Counted from the stretch's first letter, positions 27,803 to 41,894 are shown. The stretch is DNA of 64,000 nucleotides from Octopus vulgaris (GCA_951406725.2 OX597814.1:63178001-63242000); one strand, 5' to 3'. Program-made: numbers and translations. Notes: generated from the letters alone by a model not told the origin.

Positions 27803-28625
27803 TCTTTTCTTTTCTACTCTAGGCAAAAGGCCCGAAATTTTTGGGGAAGGGACCCAATCGATTAGGTCGACCCTAGTATGCAGCTGGTACTTAATATATT
27901 GACCCCGAAAGGATGAAAGGTAAAATCGACCTCGGCGGAATGTTAACTCAGAACATAAAGACACACGAAGTACCTATTTCTTTATTGCACACAAGGGGCT
28001 AAACATAGAGGGGACAAACAAGTACAGACAAACAGATTAAGTCGATTACATCGACCCCAGTGCGTCACTGGTACTTAATTTATCGACCCCGAAAGGATGA
28101 AAGGTAAAGTCGACCCCGGCGGAATTTGAATTCAGATCGCAGCGGCGGACGAAATACCACAAAGCATTTCGCCCGGCGTGCTAACGATTTTGCCAGCTCG
28201 ACGTCTTACAGTGATAGAATATTTTTTTCTTTTCTACTCTAGGCACAATGCCCGAAAGTTTTGGGGAGGGGCCAGTCGATTAGATTGACCCCAGTACGCA
28301 ACTGGTGCTTAATTTATCGACCCCGAAAGGATGAAAGGTAAAATCGACCTCGGCGGAATTTTAACTTAGGACGTAGCGGCAGACGAAATACCTATTTCTT
28401 TATTACCCACAAGGAGCTAAACACAGAGGAGACAAACAAGGACAGACAGACGGATTAAGTCGATTATATCGACCCCAGTGTGTAACTGGTACTTAATTTA
28501 TCGACCCCGAAAAGATGAAAGGCAAAGTCGACCTCGTCGGAATTTGAACTCAGAACGTAATAGCAGACGAAATACGGCTACGCATTTTGCCCGGCGTGCT
28601 AACGTTTCTGCCAGCTCGCCGCCTT
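27803..28625 (-). mobile_element. Two tandem dimeric family-1 SINEs (~400 bp each)
   Basis: Units ~27803-28207 and ~28224-28625. Each has two GGATGAAAGG-type cores and one tRNA head. ACAGTGATAGAATATT is duplicated at 28208-28223 and 28626-28641. Confidence 0.9.
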
Positions 28626-30484
28626 ACAGTGATAGAATATTGAGAAATATAGGATATAGACGATGGAGAAAAGACAGTGAAAAGTTAGGAATCTTTTCCT
28701 TCCTGTGATGTCACACAATGACATTGGGTAGGGCGGTTGACGAAAGTTGGGACAGTGGCAAAGACGGCAGCTCACTGAGAAGCCTGCCAGTTTAGTAACC
28801 CAAAGCGAGTTATTTAGAGTAAAAGTCTTATTAGTAGTCGTCGTCGTCATAGTAGTAGTAGTAGTAAGGTGATTTTAGTTTTACTGCATTTTATCGTCCC
28901 CTCTCCTGCTTCCATATTTTCCCACCACCCACTCCATTTCACTTGCACCTCCTCCACCGACCTCTCAATCATTTCACTGTTGTCTCCCCTCCTCTCCCTT
29001 GCCGCGAGTGCAGATTTCTGAAAGTGTCTTCCTTTCTACAGTATTTGTACGCGCATTAAACCTCTGAACTACTAAGCACTATTCACTGTTTCTTCTCTCC
29101 TATCGTCTCCCCCACACTAGTTATTTTTTTAACTTCACCTGCCAACCCCCAACGGTATTATCCAATTGCACCTTACCTTAAGCAACATATCTCTAGCTGC
29201 CACAGCATCCCACATAAGCACACTACCTGTTTCACCATACTCTAGTCTCGTTGCCTTCTGCGTCTACAATGCTTTCACTGTACCTCTCCACCTTCCACAT
29301 CTACAAGTAACAAAAATAAACATAAAGCAATAATCAAACTCCTTTAGTTTGACTTCTAAATTCTTTCACTAATACAGTTCTTTTTCCTTTCGCTTTCATC
29401 TTCATTTTCCTACAGTGCTGCCTTATCCTCACTCAAATGATGTATTAAATATAGATTAGAGGAAAGTAAACGACCAGTATAGCTATTAGCTGCTGATGTA
29501 TTGATCCAATATGTACTCAAAGAAGTAAAAAAAAAAATAATAGGCAAACGATGCAACAGATCAGCATCTCTTACATCCATGGGATCAGGGTGACACGCGC
29601 GTGCTAGATGTGTTTGATATGATATATTAGCATATGTCTTAGTCGAAGTAGTTCATGTTGAATCTACGCTGAAGTGTGGTAATACTGTAGATTAGTGCCA
29701 GAAGCTAAGGGAGCACTTGTTTCTAAAAAAAAAGTATTGCATTTTCTACAAGGATGAGCAATATTTATTGACAACAATAATTTGGAACTATGAGAGGAAT
29801 CAATGATCAAATTTTATGAATTTAAAGACACGAGAATGATTTCATTTCTGGATCCATTTTTTAAACACGTATCATTCCTTGCAGCTATGCATTTTACACG
29901 TCATTAAGGATTGAACATCTCTGAGTCGAGAAATCCAATTCAATATTTCACGAATTAGATAAAATGTACACCTGAGCAATAGTTAAGCAGAGTTATCAAC
30001 GTAGTTCCTATTCTTTCTTGAAGCCTACACTTTCGTTGCAGTCATTTCCAATGACATGGATGTCCCAGTAATCCATTTCTGTCTCATATAAATGCGAAAT
30101 CTGCTGACTGGTGGGAATTATATCGCTTTTAATTATCTTGAGCAGAAGATTAAAATAGATGGAAAGGCTACTGCATGAATTATGTGTTTTGTATTTCGAT
30201 TGTTGATGATGATGATAATGATATAAATTAAATTAGCTCGAAATTCCATTTTTTTTATAGGTAAGAGAAACATGTTTAGGAAGAACATTCCCGCCTTGAG
30301 AGACTAGATCGTTAATTGAGCTTACTCCACGTTATAATCCGATGTTATTCAAGATTTTCATGCCAGTATGTTTTTTGTGATTGATAGGCTCTAATGTTTC
30401 GCGAGAAGAGTGGACATTTGTATGGTTCACCATTTTCATTGGACACTCTAGCGTAGTCTTTTTAATACTATATATTGCTGTGTG

Positions 30485-30857
30485 AAGGCGCAATGGCCCA
30501 GTGGTTAGGGCAGCGGACTCGCGGTCGTAGGATCGCGGTTTCGATTCCCAGACGGGCGTTGTCAGTGTTTATTGAGCGAAAACATCTATATCTCCACGAG
30601 GCTCCAGCAGGAGGTGGTGGCGAACCCCCCTGTACTCTTTCACCTCACCTTTCTCTCACTCTTTCTCCCTGCTTCTGTTGTACCTGCATTTTAAAGGTCC
30701 AGACTTGTCACACGCTGTGTCATGCTGAATTTCTCCAAGAGCTACGTTAAGGGTATACGTGTCTGTGGAGTGCTCAGTCAGTTGCACGTTAATTTCACGA
30801 GTGGGCTGTTACGTTGATCGGATCAACTGGAACCCTCGTCGTCGTAACAGACTGAGT
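30485..30857 (+). mobile_element. tRNA(Arg)-like SINE, family 3
   Basis: A box TGGCCCAGTGG, anticodon-arm-like GAC-TCG-CGGTC and B box GTTTCGATTCC, followed by ~300 bp of non-tRNA body. Consistent with the octopus Arg-tRNA-derived (OR-type) SINEs. Confidence 0.8.
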
Positions 30858-31995
30858 TCCATGTTAATACAGTGCCGCACAGAACAATGGACTAGCCCCG
30901 AAGCTATGTTATATGGCTACATTGTAACGTCTTATTTTGTAGCATGCTAGATCAGAAGTAGTTTTTAGTCCCTCATCCAACGCCCCTACATTCATTTCAG
31001 ACACTGTGAGTGGCTTTCCGCTTCTATACTGTGCAGCGTAATCAGTTGTAAGAAAGTGAAGAATTGAACCTAATACCTGACTAGTAACGTGTTATGGATT
31101 CGGAAGGATGAAAAATAATGTTCATGTCAGTGGAGTTTGACATCAGAACGCAAACTGCTGGAACAATTACTACACAGCATGTGTCTGCTAATCGATCACC
31201 AATTATCATAAATCAACTGAGTCGAAATATTTCTCTTGAGAAAAAGTCGCAATAGTGGTTTAAGCTCCTCGCTTAATTCCCTGTATTTTACAGACGGAAG
31301 GATCTAATCCTTATATAAATGCGAAGAAAATGAAAGAAATGCATATTTAATCCTATGAAATCAATTGTCGACGATCGTCAGCAGCTTCCTTGAATTCTAG
31401 ATTTTTACCTTGACATATTTGATTGTAGTGGACTTCAAACTTTAGTGTCTAAACAAACACGTCCCTCTCGTTTTCACTTCTTTATTCCACTCTTCCCTGT
31501 TTATTTTTTTTTCATTTGTTACTTGTATGTGTATGGACAATGTCAGAAAGGTCTGTTAAGCAAAAAACATTAAACCTTGTTTTTAAACAATTTATTTCCT
31601 CTTGCATAATATTATTATGACAACAATATTTTTCAATTCATTTAATAAACAATCAGGAAGTCTATTAAGAATTAATTTCGCCAGTGAATATAGACTTTAT
31701 GTAAAGAAAACAATTTCCTTATTCAAACATGTCATTCTAGTCATGAGAAAGTTGGCCGTCGAATTTCTCACACTTTGGATATTATTTAGGTGTCAAATTT
31801 GAAAGACATTTTATGGACGGATATAAAGTGCATACATGAAAGAAAGAAGGAGAAGTGCAAAACACCATTACCGTCATCAACATCATCATTCTAGTCAGTA
31901 TTAGCTTTGGCCTGGATGAAAGGCGTTTCCATTAGGGAGTTTGCAGCATAAGCAAATATATTAAGGCATGATATGTTAATATATTCTAGCATAAT

Positions 31996-33410
31996 AAGAC
32001 GGTAGAGTTGTTAGCATATCGGACAAAATGCTTAGCAGCATTTCGTCCATCTTTACGCTTTGAGTTCAGATTCTGCTGAGGTCCACTTTGCATTTAATCC
32101 CTTTTGGAGTCGATAAAATAAGTACAGTTGAACACTTAGGTCGATGTAATTGACATAGCTCCTCCCACGAATTTGCTGACCTTGTGCTAAAATTTGAAAT
32201 TAATATATTCTAACATAATGCTACAAACGTTAAGGAAATACCAAAGTCGATGAAATCGTTTTACAATCCAAACAAGCGTTCATTTTCTCGAGTATACATT
32301 GTTAAAAATTAGTCAGTGACGACAAGTCCTGAACTCAAATTGTTAAAAAATACAACAAAAATCCTGCAATGTACTTTGTCTTGCTTTCTTTGTTTCTGCC
32401 ATGCACCTCCTCACAATAATTTCTAATATAGGTACAGGACTAGAAATATTGAAGGAGTCGATCAAGGTATGATATCGACCATTGATTTACAGGTACTTTA
32501 TTTTAGTGAGGTCTTAGTTGTGGCAGATAAAGACACACGGATATTTAAATTCAAAACATAAAAGATACTTGATCTAAGGCGCAATAAACTATCCTTATAA
32601 TTCTTTGTCCAGAGGGAATTCTATCCTTATTTCTTCGTTAATAGCTAAATAATAGCTTGTGACATCAATGAAAAGTCACACATTGAGGGAAGATGTAGTT
32701 AAGAAATTCGGTTCCAGTATAATACTAAAATATGTAATGCGCGCGGATTTGAACTGTGAACTATGGAAAAAGTTAATATATTTCAAATGATATTTTCTGG
32801 ATTCTTCAGATTTTATCAGCGATTCTTTTTAATATGTCGACCAGAGTTGGTACTTTATTGTATCAACCATGAAATAATGAAAGAAAAAGGTGGCCTCTGT
32901 CGGATAATGAACTCAGAATGTAGAATGCCAGAAGAAATATCACCAGACATTTTGTCCGACGTGGTAACGATTCAGCCAGCTTACCGCTTTCACAGTAATT
33001 CTTCTAACTTTGTCAAAAGACTAAAGATTTTAGAGAGCGGTAACTGGACGATTGCGTAGACCACAGTACTTGGCTGGTACTTTATTTTATCGACTCCGAA
33101 AGAAAACCAGGTGAAGTTGAATTCAGCAAGATTCGATCTCAAAACATAAAGAGGTGAAAGAAATGTTTCTAACTGTACTATCAGTTTACCGCCCTTGTAG
33201 TAAGAATGATTTGTGTTATATATATACAACTAATTTATGAAGACACTATAATCAGTTATATTGATCCCAATTCTTGATAAACTATTTCTTTTATTGGTTC
33301 CCGGAGGTTTGAAAGACAAAGCTGACATCGTCGTGATTTGAACTCAGAACGGATTAGACACAACAGTGTTCCGTTCACTATTAAAACGATTCTGCCAATT
33401 CACATCACGC
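31996..33410. mobile_element. Cluster of family-1 SINE copies: + at 31996-32200; degenerate - copies at ~32420-32580, 32840-32990, 33030-33200, 33250-33400
   Basis: Recurring GAACTCAGAA/TGAGTTCAGA B-box segment and TTTTATCGAC...GAAAG core variants. Confidence 0.7.
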
Positions 33411-33679
33411 ATCTATAATAAAAGTAATAACAATAACAAAAGAAATATTTGCATTTGTATTGAAATAGATATAAAATCTCAGTTGTAAGGGTAGTTGAAA
33501 GACAGGGCATTATAGCTGAGAATTCAAATCGGCTTATTTATGTCAATTTATGTTTGGTTATTAATTTCGCTGGAGAAATCATACAAAGGAAATAATAATC
33601 TGAGGTCTTGGTATCCTATTCACATCAGTTATACAGATTATATATACTCTACATATACATATTTTCGATATGAAATACA

Positions 33680-34364
<685 letters not shown>

Positions 34365-34369
<5 letters not shown>

Positions 34370-34621
34370 CAATCACAAGAGCACACAAATGCGCCTGCCT
34401 GCTAGAAATAAGACTTAGGTAACACTGAAAATGACAACAGAAAATCAACAGTGGAGTACCTATATAGCCTATAGTTATGTGGAAGATTTTTTTAGCCCCT
34501 TCGCCCGACTACTGTTGATTTTCTGTCGTAATTTTCAGTGTTACTATTGGTGGTTTAAATGAGATTTTTAACTCTTATTACTAGCAAGCAGGCGCATTTG
34601 TGTGTCCTTGTGATTGATATA
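34365..34621. repeat. Nested imperfect inverted repeat next to (TA)n, related to the 44.5-45.0 kb element
   Basis: Outer arms 34365-34413/34573-34621, inner arms 34419-34452/34511-34544. Shares ATTGGTGG...GAG(A)TTTTAACT...CTAGC with ~44910-44945. Confidence 0.8.
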
Positions 34622-36178
34622 AATTGTAATTCTATAGCTATTTAATTCTATATGCTATTTAAGGCCTGCAACTACTTATATTATTGTTGTTGTTATTATC
34701 AACTATTTATATTACTCTGGATAAGAATAACAATAATAATATCTATATAAATATTCATTCCTGAATATTTGCTCCTTATATATATATATGTATATATATA
34801 TATATGTGTGTGTGTGTATTTAATATATATATATATATGCATACATACATATATACATACATAGGTAATTATTATGTTTCTATTCTTATTCTTGAAACCA
34901 AATATATGATCTCATAAATATCTTTAAATACCATTTACCATTTATTATAAACATTTGCTCAATGAAGGTTTAATGTCTGATTATAGAGAAAAGAAAGACA
35001 GAACTATATAGAAAAAGAATGATATTCCTAAACGTCAGTTGTCTATCACGATGTGTCATCTATCAGATATGAAAGGTTTGTTTGTTCATCTGTGCATCGG
35101 AATAGTTATAAATATGCATATACATTCAGAAACTTATACACACGCGAAACAAACGCACTCACATACATTAGACTGTCACTCCCGTGCCAAGGCATTACAA
35201 TTTCCTCTAATTGCGATATTGTATCACAGAAAGTACACAGTGACTTAGCAGGAAGTTGATGTTATGATTTATGTCTGCATAGGTTAAACAAACACGAAAA
35301 ATGGTCGGTAAATATAGCGCATAAAGAAAAAAATATGGTATACTTAGCACTAATTAGCTTGCAGGACGTCTAGGTATTTTAATGATTACTCACTTCACAG
35401 TCATTGTTGTATAAAGGTTGTTACATGTTTGACTACAAAATATAGAAGAACCTTTGATATCTCGAGTGAATGGTATGTGAAGCGACCAGGAACGGACAAA
35501 GGAACGGAGTGGTCTCTCTGTATATCATCAAGAAATAATAACTGTCCTCGAAAGTTAGCGAGACATGTCATAGTGCTCTACTGGGGAATATAACTCCCTA
35601 AATTTCAATATATTTCAAGAAGATTGGGTAGACATACAAGCTCACACGTACACATATATGTTTATATCTGGAATCACATAAATATGTGCAAGACCGATAA
35701 AAGAGAGTAATCCATACCAAAAGTTAACTTATTCAATATATTGGAAGCTGAAGTTTAGAAAATTGTTACTTTTGAGTCACTTCCAATATTAAGGACATCC
35801 TGAAAAATTATATAGCGATTGGAAGATATTCAACAACAAACTTATATATATGTGTGTGTGTATAGAGACATTTCTGCGAACAGTTAGTCTAAGCAAAATG
35901 TATTGCGGTACAAACATATTAGAAGACTTCTATCATTTATCTTTTCTTTGTTCTAGTCTTCAGACTGCAGCCTTGCAGAATTTTAGTTGAACAAATCATC
36001 CCGAGTACTTATTAGAGTACTTATTATTTTTGAGTTTGTTTCTCTTTGCCGAACCGATAAGTTGTGAGGGTGTAAACAAACCAATATGGTTGTTCAGCAT
36101 GGTTGTTCAGCATGGTTGTTAAGCGGTGGTAACAAACTCACACACGTACGCACGCGCATATCACTCACACACACACTC

Positions 36179-36219
<41 letters not shown>

Positions 36220-36220
<1 letters not shown>

Positions 36221-36431
36221 CGGGAAGCTTTATAAAAATAGACAAAAGACGAAGGCAGGTGGAAAACAAACGAACAATTGTATTAGTATGGCGCTCAGGA
36301 AATATAAATAAAACAAGTCTTTAACGTTTCGAGCCTACGCTCTTCAACAGAAAGATACACAGAGAGAAAAAAAACACAGAAAGAAGGAGAGAAAATAAAT
36401 GCGTGCAGTAGCTAACGAATCAACATGGCGA

Positions 36432-36433
<2 letters not shown>
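36220..36433 (-). mobile_element. ~214-bp HHR-bearing mini-element inside (TA)n
   Basis: Bounded by (TA)n at ~36185-36219 and 36434-36464. Contains a minimal HHR and shares TTCCTGAGCG and TTCCAC(C/G)T(G)CCTT motifs with 63095-63280. Confidence 0.7.
36318..36355 (-). ncRNA. Minimal hammerhead-like motif (variant core)
   Basis: Minus strand TCTTT-CTGTTGA-A-GAGC-GTAG-GCTC-GAAA-C-GTT-AAAGA. Stems I and II pair. The core has A6 changed to U and one extra A. Confidence 0.6.
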
Positions 36434-36466
<33 letters not shown>

Positions 36467-37097
36467 GACGGATTTCATTTAGTTTCCGTCTACCGAATAA
36501 ATTCAAAAGGATATGGGTGGCCGAGGCTGTGGTAGAAGACACTTGTCCAAGGTGGCACGCAGTGGGACTGAGTACGGAACCATGTGGATAGTAGGCACAC
36601 TTCTAACCACATAGCCACGCCTAGATATAACATCCACCAATTAATTTGCATTATTGTTTCTGGTCTCAACATTTGAGCAAGTTTTTGGGACTAAACTGAA
36701 AATAAAATAGTTACCATCGATACTGAAGCCCAGTCATCATGGTATCAATTGGAATCCTTCACAGAATTAGTGATATTAATTGGCACATACTCATAAAAAG
36801 AGGCACAAAGATATAAACTAAGATATTTAGTATCTGTCTACACGCTCTGAGATCTCTAATATTACTTAGACAGAGCCAAACTAAATACATCCACTGAGCG
36901 CTCAAATGTAAAGAAACAGACATTTCCTCAACCTGGTGTGAGCTCTTTTAGAAGAACACAGTCTCTGAAGATGTCGATGCGATATCAGAACTGCAGGGCG
37001 GGCCGTCTTCAGTAAACACATGAAAGAGAAATTATTAGATTACTGACGGTTGTTTATGACTAACTCCTCGCAGCTTGAATATTATGTGAATATGTGT

Positions 37098-37310
37098 CAA
37101 ATTTTTTTGGCACAAAACCAGCAATTTTGGTGGAGGAGTAAGTCGATTATATCGACCCTAATGTCCAAATGGCACTTATTTTATCGATCCCAAAAGGATG
37201 AAAGGCAAAGTCGACCTTGGTGAAATTTGAACTTTGAACGAAAAGACGGACGACATACCGCTAAGCATTCTGCCCCGTGTGCAAACAATTCTGCAAGTTC
37301 GTCGGCTTAA
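37098..37310 (-). mobile_element. Family-1 SINE
   Basis: TTTTATCGATCCCAAAAGGATGAAAGGCAAAGTCGACC core plus head. Confidence 0.85.
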
Positions 37311-37664
37311 ATATGATGAAAATATCGAAAGGAATTTTAGCCTTGGACTTGTGACTATAACGCCACTTTACATTTCGAGGGGTATGAATATAGAATCAAG
37401 AGTATAACAGCTACAGGATATCTGAGAAATAAAATAGAACATGAAAGGGTAAAAATCATCTAAAATCAATCGAAAATATAAATTACGTTATTTTTCCGAA
37501 GAAAATGTTTCATGTATAAACAAAAGCTCTTCCAAAATATCATGAAGAAATCTATATGTCCTTCCAACATAAGGTTATTGTTCCCTTATTCGGATGATTT
37601 TGTGTCTCAATTGAGGTCTACCGTTTTTACTCTGTTTTGCTCTCTCTCACTCTCTTTCTCTGTC

Positions 37665-37701
<37 letters not shown>

Positions 37702-38170
37702 TAGGCGTGTTTGAAATTGCATGAATAATCTACAAGCATACACTCATAGATTTACATAGATACATAACCATCACACACACAACCTATTGTTTACACGAAA
37801 TGCAATAAGAGAAAACATGGTGGAAGTAGGAAGCAATGCAAAAACTGAGTTTTAATACGATATCTATTATCCAAGACAACAAACGTTTATTTACACTAAA
37901 TTATTTCTTTCTTCCGTAGCAATTGTTTGAGAGTTTATAAATTTTTCTATAATCCTAAACATTTGCATTGCAGTATAAGTTGAGGTTCTTTGCTTTCCTG
38001 CATTCTTCTTTGTACACGTTTTTACATATTTATATTATTGCATTTTTTCTTGCATATATTTATCACGCTCTCCCACGTTTTGTTTCAGTAGAGCATTTTT
38101 TTAAAACTTGGTTAAGAAGATGTTTCTTCGCTTTTATCAATACGAAATTTGGCCTGAGTATAGCAAGATA

Positions 38171-39326
38171 CGAGGGACGTTCAATAAGTAATGCCCCTGA
38201 CCCACTTGCAGTTGTTTGATCCAGCTGAAATTTTGCAGTGTGAAATGGAGCCTGTTGAGTGTCGAGCAGTGATCCGTTTTTGTATTTGAAAGGACGCACA
38301 CCACGGGAGACTTTTGATGAAATGAAAGTAACTTATGGTGATGATGCCCCATCATATGACCTTGTAAAACGCTGGCATCGTGAATTCAAACATGGTCGGA
38401 ACTCTGTGGAAACAGCTCCCAGATCTGGTCGCCCTCCTTCTGCCATTGATGAGGCATCTGCCCGACAAGTTGAGGCTGCCATTTTGGAAGATCGACGCAT
38501 AACTATTCGCGAAATAGCCCATGATGTCAAGATTAGTACTGGGTCTGTGGAAACTATCATTCATGACCATTTGCATATGCAAAAGGTGTCTGCCAGATGT
38601 ATTCCTAGGTTGCTCACACCTTTCCAGAAGCAAGAACGCGTCGAGTGCTCGAAGATGAATTTGGAGATGTGCCAAGAAGATGAGTCAACATTATTCAAAA
38701 GACTGGGTCCATCACTATGATCCAGAGACCAAAGCCTAATCAATGCAATAGAAGCACCGTGACTCACCTCCTCCAAAGAAGGCAAGGGTGCAGCCCTCTG
38801 CTGGCAAGGTCATGCTCACATTCTTCTGGGACCATGACGGAGTAGTGATGACAGATTTCCTGGCAAGCCTATTATGCTTCACTTTTAAGGAAATTAAGAG
38901 AAGCTATCAAAATCAAGAGGCGGGGCAAGATCAGCAAAGGCATCCTCCTCCTACAGGACAACGCTCCGGTCCACAACTCGCGTGTCACCAGATCAGAAGC
39001 ACAGGCATGTGGCTATGAACTCCTCCCCCACCCCCTACTCTCCTGACCTTGCACCCTCTGATTTTCACCTCTTCCCAGCCATGAAGTTGTTTTTGAAAGG
39101 AAAGCGTTTCCCAGATGATGCAGCCTTGATTTCTGAAGTCACGTCGTGGTTGGAGGACCAAGCTGGGGTCTTCGACAAAAACGGTCTCCAGAGCTGCATC
39201 AAACGATGGTAGAAATGCGTAACTCTGGGTGGTTCCTATGTAGAAAAAGACTAATAACTGTGCCAAGTTTCGTTGCTCTACTGCTATAGGAAGTGGGTAG
39301 GGGCATTACTTATTGAACGCCCCTCG
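38171..39326 (+). mobile_element. Near-full-length mariner (irritans-like), 1156 bp, with TIRs and TA target duplication
   Basis: TA|CGAGGGACGTTCAATAAGTAATGCCCCTGACCCACTT ... AAGTGGGTAGGGGCATTACTTATTGAACGCCCCTCG|TA. Confidence 0.96.
38245..39254 (+). pseudogene. Mariner D,D34D transposase pseudogene
   Basis: MEPVECRAVIR start, HTH region, KVSARCIPRLL (WVPxxL motif), WVHHYDPETK, SAGKVMLTFFWD, LLQDNAPVH and YSPDLAPSDFHLF. Frameshifts, internal stops and loss of the first catalytic Asp segment. Confidence 0.93.
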
Positions 39327-39529
39327 TATTCGAGGTTTGGCACTTTTAACAATGCATTTTTATGCAATTGCTTAATTCTTTTATAACTTGACAATAAAAA
39401 TCAAAACAAAACAAATGATCATAAAATTCACAACAAAATTTGTTTTGCAACAAACATTAGCAGACATCACTGATGCCGCTTTCTTAAATGTGCGGCGAGT
39501 CACACGAAAGCTAAATCCTTAAAGGAATA

Positions 39530-39903
39530 TCTCTCTCTATATAAACGGCAGTTTGTCTGTGCGTGTTTCTGTGTGTCTGTTTGCTTGTACCCTCACCCTG
39601 ACCACAGCTTTCAACCGATTCTGATGAAACTTGACACACACATAGCCCAATGTCATAATTCAAAACTAACGCAGCGAAAATTTTGAAAAGTTCCCCCAGT
39701 TCTGAAAAAAAATCGATAAATTCGACATGGGGTCGAGAAGCAGAAACACAAACCACAAACTGTCTAGGGGACGCAACTCCACCTTTTTTTAATCTCAAAA
39801 AAAATTTACCATCATTTTTTTCCATTTTTTGGCTATAACTCTCTAAAAATGCTTTATAGTTAGTTCCCTTACAAACCTGAGCAACGCCGGGCGATACTGC
39901 TAG
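39530..39903 (+). mobile_element. Non-autonomous Helitron
   Basis: A|TCTCTCTCTATATAAA 5' end, subterminal GC hairpin CCTGAGCAACGCCGGG, CTAG|T 3' end, no TSD. Confidence 0.85.
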
Positions 39904-40232
39904 TAGATAATATACGAGCAGGATATAATTTATGAATATTCTGCATAGGATTTATAAGCAAAATAACTAAATGGACATCACCGCTCTTAAATTTATACAA
40001 CAGATACAAAGTAGAAACACATGGAAGGATTTATTAACCCTATGATTTCTGTATTTTGGCTACTGCTGTTGTTTTTCACCAGATTTCAATTGGTAAGCTA
40101 TGTTAATATATTTAATAGGTACATTTCGAAAACATGTGCGGGCTCTCACGCACGCACCAGAAAACCACACACACAAACGCACGCATACAAACACACAAAT
40201 ATATAGATACACACACACACACAAACAAACGT

Positions 40233-40270
<38 letters not shown>

Positions 40271-40399
40271 GTAAAATAATGTGTGACAATTATATTATTT
40301 AATATAACGGAAGAGATGGTGTTGTGGATTTCCACCTCGGCATCCGAAACTCAGAGTATATCAAGAATTGATTCTGAACAATCAGTCTGTAAACATTGT

Positions 40400-41080
40400 G
40401 CTTCGATTTGTACAAAGACATTTAAAAAAAAATTATTTCTCACATCTCTGTCTTCTAAATACAACCCTGATGAAAATATACGAACGGTTTCATTAAGCCG
40501 GAACAGATTTTCGTCGAAAACCAACTCGAGTTTAAAAGAAGTTACTTATCAGAAACGATACAAACTGTATGCCCACAAGGTTGAAGTTGTTCTAACACTC
40601 TTCTATGAATCTGAACACGGATCAATTTTATTAGTTATAATTCCGAAGGATTCTTCGAATTAGTTGAGATTATCGGAAGGACATTATTATTCCAAGGAGA
40701 GCGAAACAAACACAGTTGTCATCAAAGAACAACTAAGATCGGTAGCCACCTTGCCCTAATCACGGATAACTGGTTCCCATAACTAATCTTTCATTTTCGA
40801 TTGAAAGAAAGGCTTCGAGGACTAGCTAAAGCAAAACTTGAAGTCTTGTAACACTGCTGAAATAAAGTTAGGAAAACGTGCGACCGGTTTGTTAGAATAG
40901 GTTCACTTCATGTGAGAACTTAAGACTTTGTAAAAGTGGGGAGAGATAGCTCGGAAAAAACGAAGGCAAAGTGAATAATGTGTCGCTCATTCTGGTCGTC
41001 TAAAATTCGCAATGACAGCCACTTGTGTCTTGTGTGTAAAGATCTGTGTATCAAAATTTAAGTTATTCAGCTGTCACCAA
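40400..41080 (+). mobile_element. Highly degenerate RTE-like LINE 3' fragment
   Basis: TSLSSKYNPDENIRT (cf. YLGS.LS...D.EI..RI), KLYAHKVEVVLTLFYESE (cf. K..VY.A.V..TLLY.SE) and terminal TCVLCVKICVSKFKLFSCH finger remnant. Confidence 0.55.
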
Positions 41081-41894
41081 ATTCCTATCACAGCGCAGGA
41101 AACGCTCGTTTCAAAAGTGGGAGATTACCTTGAAGAAGCTTGTTTGAATGTGTGTTCTTTCAACTGTATTTACCACATTTGTGCGTTTAAAGCCGTGTTT
41201 CCTATAGTAATTTTTAACACGCTTATGTCATAACTTCATGTTTCATTATTGAATTTTAGAAAAAAAAAAGGAAAAAAACTATTATCTTACTTTTACTTTT
41301 AACAAAACTAAACAGAAAATTTTATGTATTGAAGTATTAATAATTGAAATATTAAATATTTCTTATCAAAGAATGTAAAAAGAATATCATCAATAAAACT
41401 GACAGTAAAATTAAATTAATGCAATTATCTCTAAATGGCTTGTATTTATTTTCAATTTTAAATCTCTTCTTGTTCCATTAAGATAAATCGTTTAATGGGT
41501 ATTTTTTTAAATTTATTTCTGCCGTATTATTTCTCGTTTATACTATTACATATCCAACCTGATACTACGTAACAATTGATTTCGTTTGGCATTAGATTCT
41601 CAATTAAACATTTTCAGTTCATATTCGCCTTACTTTCTTTTATCATTTCTTAATCAATGACAGGAAAAGAGATTAGCTCAACCACACTATTTTGCTCTTG
41701 ATGTCTTACATGGGGAATTAATATCCTCAAAAGGCTTACGCCACGTTCACGTCTTGTGTATATATACAACCGGTATATGAATGCATAAATGCATGTTAGC
41801 TTACTTTATATGTAATTAAAATGCATAATTTCTGACGATATAACCTATATTCTTAATTAGTTACATTTTTATTTACTAGTTAAAATGTTTTATC

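Larger units (their letters stand above)
35935..36625 (-). mobile_element. Family-2 SINE with an insertion in its internal (TA)n
   Basis: Head at ~36540-36625 (GAAGACACTTGTCCAAGGTGGCACGCAGTGGGACTGA on +) and tail at ~35935-36130, separated by (CA)/(TA) tracts. Confidence 0.75.

Noticed and set aside
27100-29400. Purine-rich tract before and pyrimidine-rich tract after the SINE pair, suggesting a large inverted repeat
   Set aside because: Only compositional complementarity, with no alignable sequence.
29400-30270. Splice-acceptor-like sites (TTTTCCTACAG at ~29405-29415, TTTTTTATAG at ~30251-30260)
   Set aside because: No supportable open exon with a matching donor. Such motifs are common by chance in AT-rich DNA.
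30485-30560. tRNA-Arg gene
   Set aside because: The acceptor stem and 3' end are not tRNA-like and it continues into a SINE body, so it is a SINE head.
36960-37015. CTGAAGA...TCTTCAG hairpin as an HHR
   Set aside because: Lacks GAAA and a cleavage triplet in register. At most a decayed relic.
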